Shown one piece after another: positions 10,035 through 19,489 of a stretch of 64,000 bases of DNA. The translations under genes were made by a program, and so were the position numbers. Origin of the DNA: an uncultured Verrucomicrobiae bacterium (GTDB lineage: Bacteria > Verrucomicrobiota > Verrucomicrobiia > Chthoniobacterales > Chthoniobacteraceae); assembly GCA_963828525.1 (NCBI GenBank), contig CAWHEP010000007.1:46200-110199 (forward strand), given 5' to 3'. The notes beneath the pieces were generated by a model. That model was given only the letters and a program-made list of their open reading frames with translations. It had not been told where the DNA came from and searched no databases. The first letter of the stretch is position 1. Every line of letters starts with the position of its first letter.

Positions 10035-12275
10035 ATGAACATCCGCGCAATTTCCTTCATCTTTCTCGCTGCGGTCTCCATCTCCCAAGCCCAGCTCGTC
10101 CGTGTCCCAAATACCTCCATTCATCTGCCCGAGAATCTCGGCTCCAGCTATGTCGTTGAGGACGCTTTCGGCCCCAATAGCAAATTTACCCAGCCTCTTT
10201 GCATCGTCTCGCCCCCCGGCGAGAAAGACCGCTTCTTCATCCTCGAAAAGGGAGGCCGTATCATGCTGGTCACGAGATCCGGCGACACCTATTCCCGTTC
10301 TCTTTTTTTCGACATCAACCAGTATCTCGCATCGCGGCACGAGGGCACCCTCCCCACAGCCAACGAATGGGGCCTCCTCGGCCTCGCGTTTCACCCCGAT
10401 TTCGCTCACAACGGTTTCTTCTATCTCGCCTACGATATTACCGTCGCCGCCACCGGCGAGAAAAAGGACTATGACCGCCTGGCTCGATTTACTTGCTCAA
10501 AATCAAATCCTTCGACCGTGGATCCGGATAGTGAGGTGCCGATGATCACCCAGCTTGACCTCGCTCCAAACCACGATGGCGGCGATCTCCATTTCGGCTC
10601 CGACGGCTACCTCTATTACTCCATGGGCGATGAAGGCGCCGGGAATGATTCGTTCGATAACGCCCGCTTCATCGACAAAGATTTCTTCGCCGCCATCTTC
10701 CGCCTCGATGTAGACAGGAAGCCGGGGAACCTGGAGCCGAATCCTCACTCTCAGAACTCCCTCGCGTTCCCCTCCGCTGTTCACCCGGGCACTTATAAGG
10801 TCCCGGCGGATAATCCGTACATCAAGACCCCGCGCCATAACGGTAAGGATCTCGCTTCCGACAAGATCCGGACGGAGATGTGGGCTTCCGGGTTGCGCAA
10901 TGTCTGGCGCTTCTCTTTCGATTACCCCACAGGCCGTTTATTCGCTGGCGATGTGGGGCAGAATCGATGGGAAGAGATCGATCTCATCACCCGAGGCGGC
11001 TTCTACGGTTGGAGCTACTTTGAGGGAACTCACCCGGGTCCTCGTATAAAGAGCTTGCCGCCCGATACGAATTCGATTCTTCCCATCTACGACTATGTGC
11101 ATGGCCCTGGCAGCGTCTTTAATGGGAACTGCATCATCGGCGGCTGCGTTTCTCACGCGAGCCGCTTTCCAGAACTCGAGGGAACCTATCTCTTCGGGGA
11201 TTACAGCGCGCGTACGATATGGAGTCTGCGCCAGACAGGCGCGAAGTGGACTCCCTCGGTGGTCACTACATCCGCCGGCGATATCGTCGCCTTCGGCGTG
11301 GATGGGCGCGGCGGAGACATCCTCCTTGCCGATCTTAGCGGCCGCGTTGGTCGTCTCGTTCGCTCAAATGGCCCTCAAAAACTTCCGCCCCCGCTGCTTT
11401 CACAAGCGGGGATTTTTCAAAGCCTGAGTACCCTTGAGCCAAATCCCGGCGTCGTCCCTTATAAGCCGAATTTGGAGCAATGGTCAGGCCCGGTGACCGC
11501 CCGCAGATGGTTCTCGCTTCCTGGCTCCAGCATTCTGAAATTTGTCCGCGACGGAGATTGGGCGTTTCCTCCCGGCGCGGTGTGGGTTCAGCATTTCGAC
11601 ACGCCGGAAGGTAAAAAACTGGAGACCCGCCTCCTCGTAAAAACCAAGGACGATTGTTACGGCCTCGATTACAGGTGGCGCGCCGACCAGACAGATGCCG
11701 ACCTTGTTCCTGATACGGGTTCGGACGCCGCGGCCGCTTCCGGATTCCCGGCCCATCGCTTCCCCGGACGAGCGGAATGCAGTGCGTGCCATACACCCGT
11801 CGCCGGCTTTGCTCTCGGCTTTAAGACCGCCCAACTCAGTCCTGCGTTTATCCGGCCTCTCATCAGCGCGGGCTTCCTCAAAGCCTCGGAAAAAGAACTG
11901 CAAAACTTGCCCGCGTTTGCGGCGCCGGGCGATGCCTCTCAGCCCCTTGAATGGCGCGCCCGTTCCTATCTCGCCGTGAACTGCGTCCAATGCCATCAGC
12001 CCGGTGGCGCCGGCGGAGGGAACTGGGATGCGAGATACACCACGCCAACCCCCGCCGCTAACATCGTGGACGGCCCCCTCGTCAACACGCTCGGAGACAC
12101 CGCAAATCGCTTTATGGTTCCCGGCGATCCCGCGCGCTCCATGGTCCTGAAGCGCCTCGAGGGCAAAACCGCCCCTCGCATGCCCCAGTTCGGCCCGCCC
12201 GAAACGGACGACCAGGCGATACGTCTCCTCACGGAATGGATCAACGCCCCAGCGCCTCCGCGAGCCGCTCCGTAA
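10035..12275 (+). CDS. Secreted PQQ-type glucose/sorbosone dehydrogenase (GSDH) fused to a diheme cytochrome c domain
   Basis: Signal peptide; EWGLLGLAFHPDF, NHDGGDLHFGSDGYLY, GLRNVWRFSFD, GDVGQNRWEEID; two CXXCH motifs (CSACH, CVQCH). Confidence 0.85.
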   Translation: MNIRAISFIFLAAVSISQAQLVRVPNTSIHLPENLGSSYVVEDAFGPNSKFTQPLCIVSPPGEKDRFFILEKGGRIMLVTRSGDTYSRSLFFDINQYLASRHEGTLPTANEWGLLGLAFHPDFAHNGFFYLAYDITVAATGEKKDYDRLARFTCSKSNPSTVDPDSEVPMITQLDLAPNHDGGDLHFGSDGYLYYSMGDEGAGNDSFDNARFIDKDFFAAIFRLDVDRKPGNLEPNPHSQNSLAFPSAVHPGTYKVPADNPYIKTPRHNGKDLASDKIRTEMWASGLRNVWRFSFDYPTGRLFAGDVGQNRWEEIDLITRGGFYGWSYFEGTHPGPRIKSLPPDTNSILPIYDYVHGPGSVFNGNCIIGGCVSHASRFPELEGTYLFGDYSARTIWSLRQTGAKWTPSVVTTSAGDIVAFGVDGRGGDILLADLSGRVGRLVRSNGPQKLPPPLLSQAGIFQSLSTLEPNPGVVPYKPNLEQWSGPVTARRWFSLPGSSILKFVRDGDWAFPPGAVWVQHFDTPEGKKLETRLLVKTKDDCYGLDYRWRADQTDADLVPDTGSDAAAASGFPAHRFPGRAECSACHTPVAGFALGFKTAQLSPAFIRPLISAGFLKASEKELQNLPAFAAPGDASQPLEWRARSYLAVNCVQCHQPGGAGGGNWDARYTTPTPAANIVDGPLVNTLGDTANRFMVPGDPARSMVLKRLEGKTAPRMPQFGPPETDDQAIRLLTEWINAPAPPRAAP

Positions 12276-12327
12276 CTTAAAAGTTCCAAAAATTAAACAG
12301 CCGCTCGCGAAATTATCCCCCGCGCCA

Positions 12328-12371
12328 TGGCTGTAAATCGTCCACAAAGTGGATGATAATCATCCACCAAA
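12328..12371. repeat. Two tandem 22-bp palindromic units (copy of the 13279-13344 array)
   Basis: TGGCTGTAAATCGTCCACAAAG / TGGATGATAATCATCCACCAAA; contains the perfect dyad GTGGATGAT-A-ATCATCCAC. Confidence 0.8.
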
Positions 12372-12409
12372 CATCGACTTCGTGCTGCCCTGCTTTGCTT
12401 TAACCATTT

Positions 12410-13114
12410 TCAAACATCCATTTCTTTCCGCTTTAAAAGGTAAAATTTCCCATCTTCCAGCATGCCCGCGACGGATGCGTTCCCCACATCCAGGCAGATG
12501 TTGCGGCTGTCCAGCCCAGCCTTTTCCCGCGTCGTGTCCCCGGGAGTATGGCCAACGATCTGGCTGATCCCCGCGAGCGGGACCAGCGTTGCCCAATCCA
12601 TCCACAGCGCGCCGCCAACCGCTTGGTCGCCGCCTCTATCCCGGCCCGCTCCCAGCAGCGGATCTGCCTTGCCCCTCCGCGCGCGAGTCATTGCCCGCTC
12701 GCTTTGCTCCAGAATGTTCGTCACTGTCGGCGTCTCCAGCAGCGCGGGATGAAATCCCGCGTGACTTAGCAGCCAGCCTTGTTCAGCCCGCGCGAGCGCA
12801 AGCCGGTCCCAGTGTTCCTGCCCTAGAACCTCTCGGATGCCGCATGCCTTCTCCCATGTAAACCCAGAGCAGTACAAGCGGGGTTCCTCCGGGTACATGT
12901 ATGCAATATCATGATTCCCAATCAGGAAGATGTTCTCCCTGTTATTCATTTGCTGCCGCAGCCACAAGGCGGTGCGCCGCGCGTCAGAAACATTGTCGCC
13001 GAAGTCGTCGAAGTAATCGCCCAGGAATACAACGCGGTCGTAATCCTGGGTTCTCATCCAGTAATCCGCGCGCTCGGTATGATTATGAAGGTCCGGGATG
13101 ATGAGAGCGCGCAT
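12410..13114 (-). CDS. Calcineurin-like metallophosphoesterase
   Basis: DLH, GDYFD, GNHD, SHAG and GHT motifs. Confidence 0.88.
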   Translation of the reverse strand: MRALIIPDLHNHTERADYWMRTQDYDRVVFLGDYFDDFGDNVSDARRTALWLRQQMNNRENIFLIGNHDIAYMYPEEPRLYCSGFTWEKACGIREVLGQEHWDRLALARAEQGWLLSHAGFHPALLETPTVTNILEQSERAMTRARRGKADPLLGAGRDRGGDQAVGGALWMDWATLVPLAGISQIVGHTPGDTTREKAGLDSRNICLDVGNASVAGMLEDGKFYLLKRKEMDV

Positions 13115-13278
13115 TTGCGATGGGAAAAAACTTACGTGGTGCGAATGCTATAAAAGCAGCGCGCCCTAAAAGATTCCTCCAATCAACCCGGCAGGCAAGC
13201 CTCTCCGCTTTTCCCTGCGCCGCCCGGCATGGCAGGCGCTTCGTGACCATTCCAAATCCCAAAATCACCCTGCTTAAA

Positions 13279-13344
13279 TGGTTGATAATCGTCCACAAAG
13301 TGGTTGATTATCATCCACATGGTGGTGGATTTTAGTCCGGAAAT
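13279..13344. repeat. Three tandem 22-bp palindromic units overlapping the AAA/DUF4143 start
   Basis: TGGTTGATAATCGTCCACAAAG / TGGTTGATTATCATCCACATGG / TGGTGGATTTTAGTCCGGAAAT. Confidence 0.8.
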
Positions 13345-14578
13345 ACCGCGTCACTTAAGCGCCAATCTCCTCGAAGCGCTGGCAGATACGCCTGTCGTCC
13401 TCGTAAATGGCGCCCGGCAGACGGGCAAAAGCACCCTTGTTCAAGCGCCCGAAATCTCGCGTGAGCGGCGGCAATACCTCACATTCGATGATCCGGGTGT
13501 CCTATACGCTGCCAGGAGCGACCCCAATGGCTTTATTGCCGGTCTGGCCCATCCGGTCACACTGGATGAAATCCAGCATGTGCCCGAATTATTTCCTGTC
13601 ATCAAGGCTTCTGTGGATAGGCGGCGCGCTCCGGGTCGCTTCCTGTTGACTGGCTCGGCGAACGTTCTATTGCTTCCCAAGCTTTCCGAGTCCCTGGCAG
13701 GGCGCATGGAAATTCTAACCTTGTGGCCATTCTCGCAGGGAGAGATGCGCGGTAGCCGGGAGGCATTCATCGACACGCTCTTTTCCAGGCAGCCAGCCTG
13801 GCGCAAAGGTGCCATGTCTCGTCGCGACGTCTTGGAGACCGTGCTTGCGGGCGGCTATCCATTGGCAGTCTCCCGGAAGTCCGGAGCGCGCAGGCGCGCA
13901 TGGTTTCAGTCGTACCTCATGACCATCCTCCAGCGTGACGTGCGCGATCTATCGAACATCTCCGATCTGACCGCTCTGCCAAAGCTCCTTTCGGTCATTG
14001 GCAGCCGGGCCGGAAGCTTGCTCAACTACGCGGACTTGTCACGTGGCCTCGCCCTTCCCCAGACAACTCTGAAGCGCTATTTCTCTCTCTTGGAGGCAAC
14101 CTTCCTCGTGAGTATGCTTCGTCCTTGGTCCGGCAACCTGGGGCAGCGCGTCATCCATGCGCCCAAGGCTTATCTCAATGACACCGGGTTGCTCTCGCAT
14201 CTCCTTGGTCTCACAATGGAGCGTTTGGAGCTTGATGCCGGTCTTGCGGGCGGAGTCCTTGAAAACTTCGTTGTTATGGAACTCCAGAAGCAGCTCGCGT
14301 GGAGCAAGACGCAGCCGCAGTGTTTCTACTGGCGCGCCGCCGGTGGGCAGGAGGTGGATATCCTGCTGGAGGACAGCGCGGGACGTCTCGTCGGCGTGGA
14401 AGTAAAAGCCAGTGCCACACTCTGTCGCCGCGATGTGAGCGGCATGCAATCCCTGGCCGCCTCTTGTGGACCCAGGTGGCTCCGGGGCGTCGTGCTTTAT
14501 ACAGGGGCGGAGGTCATTCCGTTCGCCGCAAATCTCCATGGCGTTCCGCTCTCTACGCTCTGGCGGGCCGCGCGCTGA
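13319..14578 (+). CDS. AAA+ ATPase (AAA_14) with DUF4143 / C-terminal PD-(D/E)xK-like domain
   Basis: GARQTGKST, LDEIQ, FLLTGSA, ESLAGR, GGYP, HTH-like segment, PKAYLNDTG, EVDILLE...VEVK. Start uncertain (13304 or 13319). Confidence 0.9.
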   Translation: MVVDFSPEIPRHLSANLLEALADTPVVLVNGARQTGKSTLVQAPEISRERRQYLTFDDPGVLYAARSDPNGFIAGLAHPVTLDEIQHVPELFPVIKASVDRRRAPGRFLLTGSANVLLLPKLSESLAGRMEILTLWPFSQGEMRGSREAFIDTLFSRQPAWRKGAMSRRDVLETVLAGGYPLAVSRKSGARRRAWFQSYLMTILQRDVRDLSNISDLTALPKLLSVIGSRAGSLLNYADLSRGLALPQTTLKRYFSLLEATFLVSMLRPWSGNLGQRVIHAPKAYLNDTGLLSHLLGLTMERLELDAGLAGGVLENFVVMELQKQLAWSKTQPQCFYWRAAGGQEVDILLEDSAGRLVGVEVKASATLCRRDVSGMQSLAASCGPRWLRGVVLYTGAEVIPFAANLHGVPLSTLWRAAR

Positions 14579-14740
14579 CCCCGCCGTTCCTCCACGCGGC
14601 GCGACGCCTCCTCCCGCTTTCGCCGTTACCTGGATTTAACATTTCTCATTTTGACCCCCGCGAGCCGTTCGGGGACTCTTCCCTCGAATTTGCGCCCATG
14701 CGTTTACAAAGCGCTATCCGGGTCAGCCGAAGCGAGCATT

Positions 14741-15427
14741 TTGAGACCGACTAAAATCCTGGTGGCGGATGATGAAAAGGATGTTCTTGCCTTGGTGAGC
14801 ACGAACCTCAAGAACGCGGGCTTTCGCGTCCTTCAGGCCGAGGATGGTCACGCGGCCCTTCAGAAGGCTAGGGACGAGGTGCCGGCGCTTATCGTTCTCG
14901 ACATCATGCTGCCCATCCTTTCTGGCACGGACGTCTGCAAAACCTTGCGCGCGGAGCCTGCCACAGCCCGGATTCCGATCATCATGCTGACCGCCCGGGC
15001 CGAAGAGGTGGACCGTATCGTGGGGTTGGAACTCGGGGCCGACGACTACATCACGAAGCCCTTCAGCCCGCGCGAATTGGTGCTGCGTGTGAAGTCGGTG
15101 ATCCGTCGGTCCGCCGGAGAACCGGAACCGGCAGACAACATCCAGGTCGAAGACATCGTAGTGGATCGTTCCCGCCATCAGGTGATCGCGAAAGGCAAGC
15201 CGGTGGATCTCACCGCCATTGAATTCAAGCTGCTGGTCCTCCTTATGGAACGCCGTGGCCGGGTGCAGGGCAGGGATAAGCTGCTTAACGACGTCTGGGG
15301 TTACGAATCCGTCATCGATACCCGCACCGTGGATACCCACGTCCGGCGTCTTCGCGAGAAGCTGGGACGCGCCGCCGATTGCATTGAGACCGTGCGCGGG
15401 TTCGGCTACCGCATCGGCGGCAGGTAG
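14741..15427 (+). CDS. OmpR/PhoB-family response regulator (no adjacent kinase)
   Basis: ILVADDE, LDIMLP, GADDYITKPFS, RTVDTHVRRLREKL, ETVRGFGY. Confidence 0.93.
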   Translation: MRPTKILVADDEKDVLALVSTNLKNAGFRVLQAEDGHAALQKARDEVPALIVLDIMLPILSGTDVCKTLRAEPATARIPIIMLTARAEEVDRIVGLELGADDYITKPFSPRELVLRVKSVIRRSAGEPEPADNIQVEDIVVDRSRHQVIAKGKPVDLTAIEFKLLVLLMERRGRVQGRDKLLNDVWGYESVIDTRTVDTHVRRLREKLGRAADCIETVRGFGYRIGGR

Positions 15428-15468
15428 CTTCCTCGACTGTTTGCCCCTCGCTTCATCCTCCGCGCGCT

Positions 15469-15709
15469 TCAGGAAAAGCCCCTGTTCCTGGGTACTTTGC
15501 GGAAGATGTAATAAAGAAGGCTCCCGAGAAAAGGGACGAAAAGGATGATGAGAACCCAGATCAGCCTGGTGTTGCCGATGTCGCTCTCGCTCAGCGCGCA
15601 ATCCACCAGCATCCAGATGAAAAAGCCTCCCGCGAATATCACGAGCAGATCGGGCCCGGCCAGATTTGTGATGCTCCCGAGACAGGGGAGGGGGCAGGTG
15701 CAGTGTCAT
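15469..15709 (-). CDS. Small PLDc N-terminal-domain-like membrane protein (one frameshift)
   Basis: Manual translation ...FFIWMLVDCALSESDIGNTRLIWVLIILFVPFLGSLLYYIFRK...; ATG overlaps the kinase stop (TGATG). Confidence 0.6.
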
Positions 15710-17028
15710 CAGGGCTGCTTGTCGGGCAGGATCTGGATTTCTTGTCCTGTTTGGATCACGATGCGGTAAAGCCCTTCCACCTCCGAGATTGTCCCGGTTA
15801 CTCTCACCCGCTTGGCGACATATTTCATCACCTGCTCCGGTGTGAATTTGAATTGCGGGAAGGCCAGGATCAACGCGTTCATGTCCGTCTCTGAAAACTT
15901 CAGGTCTCGCGACTGATACAGATCATCGTTTGCCATCGACGTTATAATGCCCTCTGCCACGACCGTCTCGCCTTTGCGCTTGGCCAGCCCGGGGTAATCG
16001 CCGGGATCGACCACCGGTGGTCCCGCCGGCTTCGGCTGCGCTGTGACCACCGCTTGCGGCGCGACAGCCGGCTTGCGCATGAGAAACCACGCCACTGCAA
16101 TCACCAGGCAAAGTGCCACGGCCCCTGCTATCACAGGGGGCGACTTCCGGGAGGACCGCACCGTTCCGGCTGGTAGTGGCACCGGTCTTTTCGCTGCAGG
16201 TGCCCGCGCGGCCGCCGTTACCGCGAGCCGGACTTCTTCCACTGTCTGCGGCCTGGCGTCCGGGTCCTGCGCCATCATCCGGGTGACGATCAGAGACAGA
16301 GCTTCCGGGACATCTTCCCGTACCAGGTGCAGCGATGCGGGCTGACTGTTCAGATGCGCGTGTACCACCTCATCCACCGACGGGAAATCATAAGGATATC
16401 GGCCTGTGATGCTGAAATAGAATACTACCCCCAGCGAGTAGATGTCTGTTCTCTGATCCACCGGCCCGCGCGTTAACTGTTCCGGGGCAATCGTGAACGC
16501 CGAGCCAACTACCGTGCCCGAATCTCCCTGCTGCTCGATCTCCGCTCCCTGATCGATTTTCGCCAGTCCGAAATCCAGTATCTTCAGCGTGAATGACCGG
16601 TCTTCGTGGAAGTGCAACATCAGGTTGCCCGGTTTCAAATCCTGATGCACCAGGCCCTTTGAATGGGCGGCTGACAGTCCATGGCAAACCTGGTTCGCCA
16701 GTTCGAAAAATCCCGTCAGCGTCAGTGGGTGCTCCGGCGCGATCGCTTCCAGTGTGCGCCCGTTTACCAACTCCATCACCACGAACGGCCCCTCCGCGTC
16801 CGAGTCGAAATCGAAGATCGTCACGATGTTCGGGTGGTGCAGCGCCGCCAGGATCGCCGCCTCCTGCCGAATGGACGCCTCGATCTCCGCGTCTTCATTG
16901 ATGCGCTTTATCGCGACGTATCGCCCGAGTTGCTTATCCCAGGCTTTGAAGACACTTCCGCTCCCACCCTTCCCAATGGCGTCTTGAATGATGTAGCGCC
17001 CCTGGGAGCCCGTATCGTTTTCTGCCAC
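15709..17028 (-). CDS. Membrane-anchored Hanks-type Ser/Thr protein kinase with C-terminal OB-fold-like domain
   Basis: GKGGSGSV, VAIK, HQDLKPGN, DFGLA, APE, DIYSLG; TM helix then a beta-rich C-terminal domain. Confidence 0.9.
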   Translation of the reverse strand: MAENDTGSQGRYIIQDAIGKGGSGSVFKAWDKQLGRYVAIKRINEDAEIEASIRQEAAILAALHHPNIVTIFDFDSDAEGPFVVMELVNGRTLEAIAPEHPLTLTGFFELANQVCHGLSAAHSKGLVHQDLKPGNLMLHFHEDRSFTLKILDFGLAKIDQGAEIEQQGDSGTVVGSAFTIAPEQLTRGPVDQRTDIYSLGVVFYFSITGRYPYDFPSVDEVVHAHLNSQPASLHLVREDVPEALSLIVTRMMAQDPDARPQTVEEVRLAVTAAARAPAAKRPVPLPAGTVRSSRKSPPVIAGAVALCLVIAVAWFLMRKPAVAPQAVVTAQPKPAGPPVVDPGDYPGLAKRKGETVVAEGIITSMANDDLYQSRDLKFSETDMNALILAFPQFKFTPEQVMKYVAKRVRVTGTISEVEGLYRIVIQTGQEIQILPDKQP

Positions 17029-17148
17029 TTGCCTTAATCGTTTCAGACGATCAACAGAAAGGCAAACGTTTTCCCATTACCCGCTTCGCCGCAGCCACAA
17101 GTCGCGCAATACTTTGACCCTCCTGCCACTTCCTGTCAGCGTCCGTCC

Positions 17149-17880
17149 ATGATCTTTGTCGGCACGTCGGGCTTTCAGTATCCGGAGTGGCGCGGGACGT
17201 TTTATCCCGAGAAATTCTCCACCGCCAGAATGCTCCCCTACTACGCCGAGCGCTTTAACACCACGGAGATCAATTACACCTTCTACCGCGTCCCAAGCAT
17301 GAAAACTCTGGATGGCTGGGTGGAAGCCACGCCTCCAAACTTTGTATTCGGCCTCAAGGCCCCGAAGCGGATCACCCACTCGGCGAAGTTGAAAGATTGC
17401 GGAGATGTAGTTGCCCGATTCATCGAAACTGTAGGCGCGCTTGGCGGCAAACTCGGGGTTATCCTCTTCCAGTTGCCACCGACCTTTAAACAAGACCTGG
17501 AGGTGCTTTCCAGCTTCCTCGAGGCCATGCCCTCCGGGCTGAGAGCCGCCTTCGAGTTCCGCCATGCTTCATGGCACCACCCTGATGTTTACAGCCTGCT
17601 CGCGGCCAAAAATGTCGCCCTCTGCATCGCCGAAAGCGAGAAGCTCGTTACACCCGTTATTGCCACTGCGGATTACGGCTACCTGCGCCTGCGAACCGCT
17701 GACTACAACGCCGATGACATGGCCCGCTGGGCAGAAGTCATCCAGATGCAAGGCGCGAGATGGAAAGACGTATTCGTCTATTACAAACACGAGGATTCCG
17801 GCACCGGCCCGCGATTCGCCCGCGAGTTGATGCAAAGACTGGGAATGCCCGATCCGGCGCAAACCCAACCACCCGCCTGA
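17149..17880 (+). CDS. DUF72 family protein
   Basis: VGTSGF...W.GTFYP, TEINYTFY, KAPKRITH, LFQLPP, EFRHASW, YLRLR. Confidence 0.9.
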   Translation: MIFVGTSGFQYPEWRGTFYPEKFSTARMLPYYAERFNTTEINYTFYRVPSMKTLDGWVEATPPNFVFGLKAPKRITHSAKLKDCGDVVARFIETVGALGGKLGVILFQLPPTFKQDLEVLSSFLEAMPSGLRAAFEFRHASWHHPDVYSLLAAKNVALCIAESEKLVTPVIATADYGYLRLRTADYNADDMARWAEVIQMQGARWKDVFVYYKHEDSGTGPRFARELMQRLGMPDPAQTQPPA

Positions 17881-18036
17881 ACCTCACCGAAGCGTCCGTC
17901 CCGCGCTCGACCTCCGCAACAACCCCGCCTCGAAACGAAACCTCTCCCATCCCTCATCGACGCCCGAACCCGCAACCACCCGGCGTTGATATTTCCGCGT
18001 CTTGCGTGAGAGTGCCCAAATGTTTCCTGTGTGCTG

Positions 18037-18920
18037 ATGAGAACCTTCCGCTTTCTTCTGCTTTTTCTATCCCTCGCCTCCCTTGCGCAGGCGAGCCACG
18101 CGGCACTCTCGCCTGACACCGTCTTCAAGGGAACGGACAGGTTCGAGTGGCTCGTAAAAATGGCCGAAGCCGATAACTGGCGGGCCCTGCCGATCGGGGA
18201 GCGCGTGGGAGCCGTGGGACGCTCGCTCGTCGGGACACCCTATAAAGGCAGCACCTTGGAGATCGACGACCACGTCGAAGCGCCTTCTGTGAATCTAAAC
18301 GGGATGGATTGCTGGACCTTCTTTGAAATCTCGCTCGCGTTCGCGCGCATGCTCGACGAGCCGCGCGAAAACTGGACCCCGCGCGCGATGCTCCATTACG
18401 TCGAACTGGATCGCTACCGTGGGGGAAAGTGCGACGGCTATCTCTCCAGGTTGCACTACCTGGAGGACTGGATTCGCGATAATGAAAAGCGGGGTCTTTT
18501 GTCCGATCTCACCCAGTCCCTCGGCGCCGTGCGCGGCCCGCATGATGCCCGCGAGATGACAGTAAATTGGCGCGGGTACCGATACCTCCGCAACGATCGT
18601 TCGCTACGCCCAGGCATCCGGAGGATGGAAGAGCGGGTGGCCGGCATGCCGATGTACTGACATTCCCGAAAGACAGGGTCTCATCCATCGAGCCTCGTCT
18701 GCAAACAGGTGACATCCTCTGTGTCGCTACGCATGATGGCCGGTTCATCGGCACCTCCCATGTCGGCCTCGCGTACCGTGGCAACGATGGAGAACTGCGC
18801 TTCATGCATGCCTCGGCGCCCTATAATTTTGGGCGGGTGGTGCTGGATACCACCATCTCCAACTACCTCTACCGATACCGTAGCGACGCTGGCATCATCG
18901 TAGCCCGACCCCTGAGATAG
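18037..18920 (+). CDS. DUF1460 (NlpC/P60-fold amidase-like) secreted protein; frameshift near 18658
   Basis: GTPY...TLE, DCWTFFE, SRLHYLEDW, LQTGDI, SHVGLA, FMHAS, GIIVARP across two frames. Confidence 0.82.
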
Positions 18921-19015
18921 CCTTCTTCTCGCGGCGCGGATACGCGGGGGAGGGGACAATGCCTGTAACGTCTAAGAATCAATCCCGATCAGGGATGACC
19001 CCAAAGCCTGCGCCG

Positions 19016-19129
19016 TTATTTCGCGGCAGGAGCCGCTGCGGCCTTTGCTTTTGCTAGAGCAAGACGCTCTGTTTTGCGGCGGCGAGTGGCGTGAAGCTTC
19101 GCGTTGTCTTTACCTTTGCAATGTCCCAT
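19016..19129 (-). CDS. 37-aa basic microprotein, copy A (MGHCKGKDNAKLHATRRRKTERLALAKAKAAAAPAAK)
   Basis: Below the ORF-track cutoff; paralog at 32285-32398 differs mainly at synonymous sites. Confidence 0.75.
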   Translation of the reverse strand: MGHCKGKDNAKLHATRRRKTERLALAKAKAAAAPAAK

Positions 19130-19188
19130 CCGGCTAACAGACACGCTTTGACGCGGCGGCACAACCTTTTCCTCAGTGTCACGAGCCG

Positions 19189-19270
19189 GTAGGGATGCCT
19201 CGCCGAGGCGTCCGTCCCGCGCTCGACCCCCGCAACAAACCCGCCCCCGAACGAAAACTCCCCGGTACCA
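19189..19270 (+). repeat. GTAG-type REP-like palindrome with conserved tail; other copies near 17881 (partial), 42059, 50176, 56855, 57003
   Basis: GTAG-GGA(T/C)GCCT-CGCCG-AGGCGTCC hairpin followed by a GCAAC.AACCC tail; intergenic or at gene ends. Confidence 0.75.
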
Positions 19271-19489
19271 CCGCGCCCTCGTGCGCTGCGCGGATGTCGA
19301 TGCTTATTGGTCATTGGTTCCTGCCGAAAGATTCAGCGGGAAAAATCGTCCCCCAATGCTTTATGTAGATTTGCGAAATAGTAATTGCCTCCTTCGACGA
19401 ATCTCTCTAAACAGCGGGATTCGAGCAGGGAAGAGAAGGATGGTACCGCGCTGCTAAAGCCGCTTACTGAGCGGCACAAAGAACTAGAT

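Noticed and set aside
19320..19489. Riboswitch in the autotransporter leader
   Set aside because: I could not match the conserved motifs of c-di-GMP or other known riboswitches by eye; an Rfam scan would settle it.
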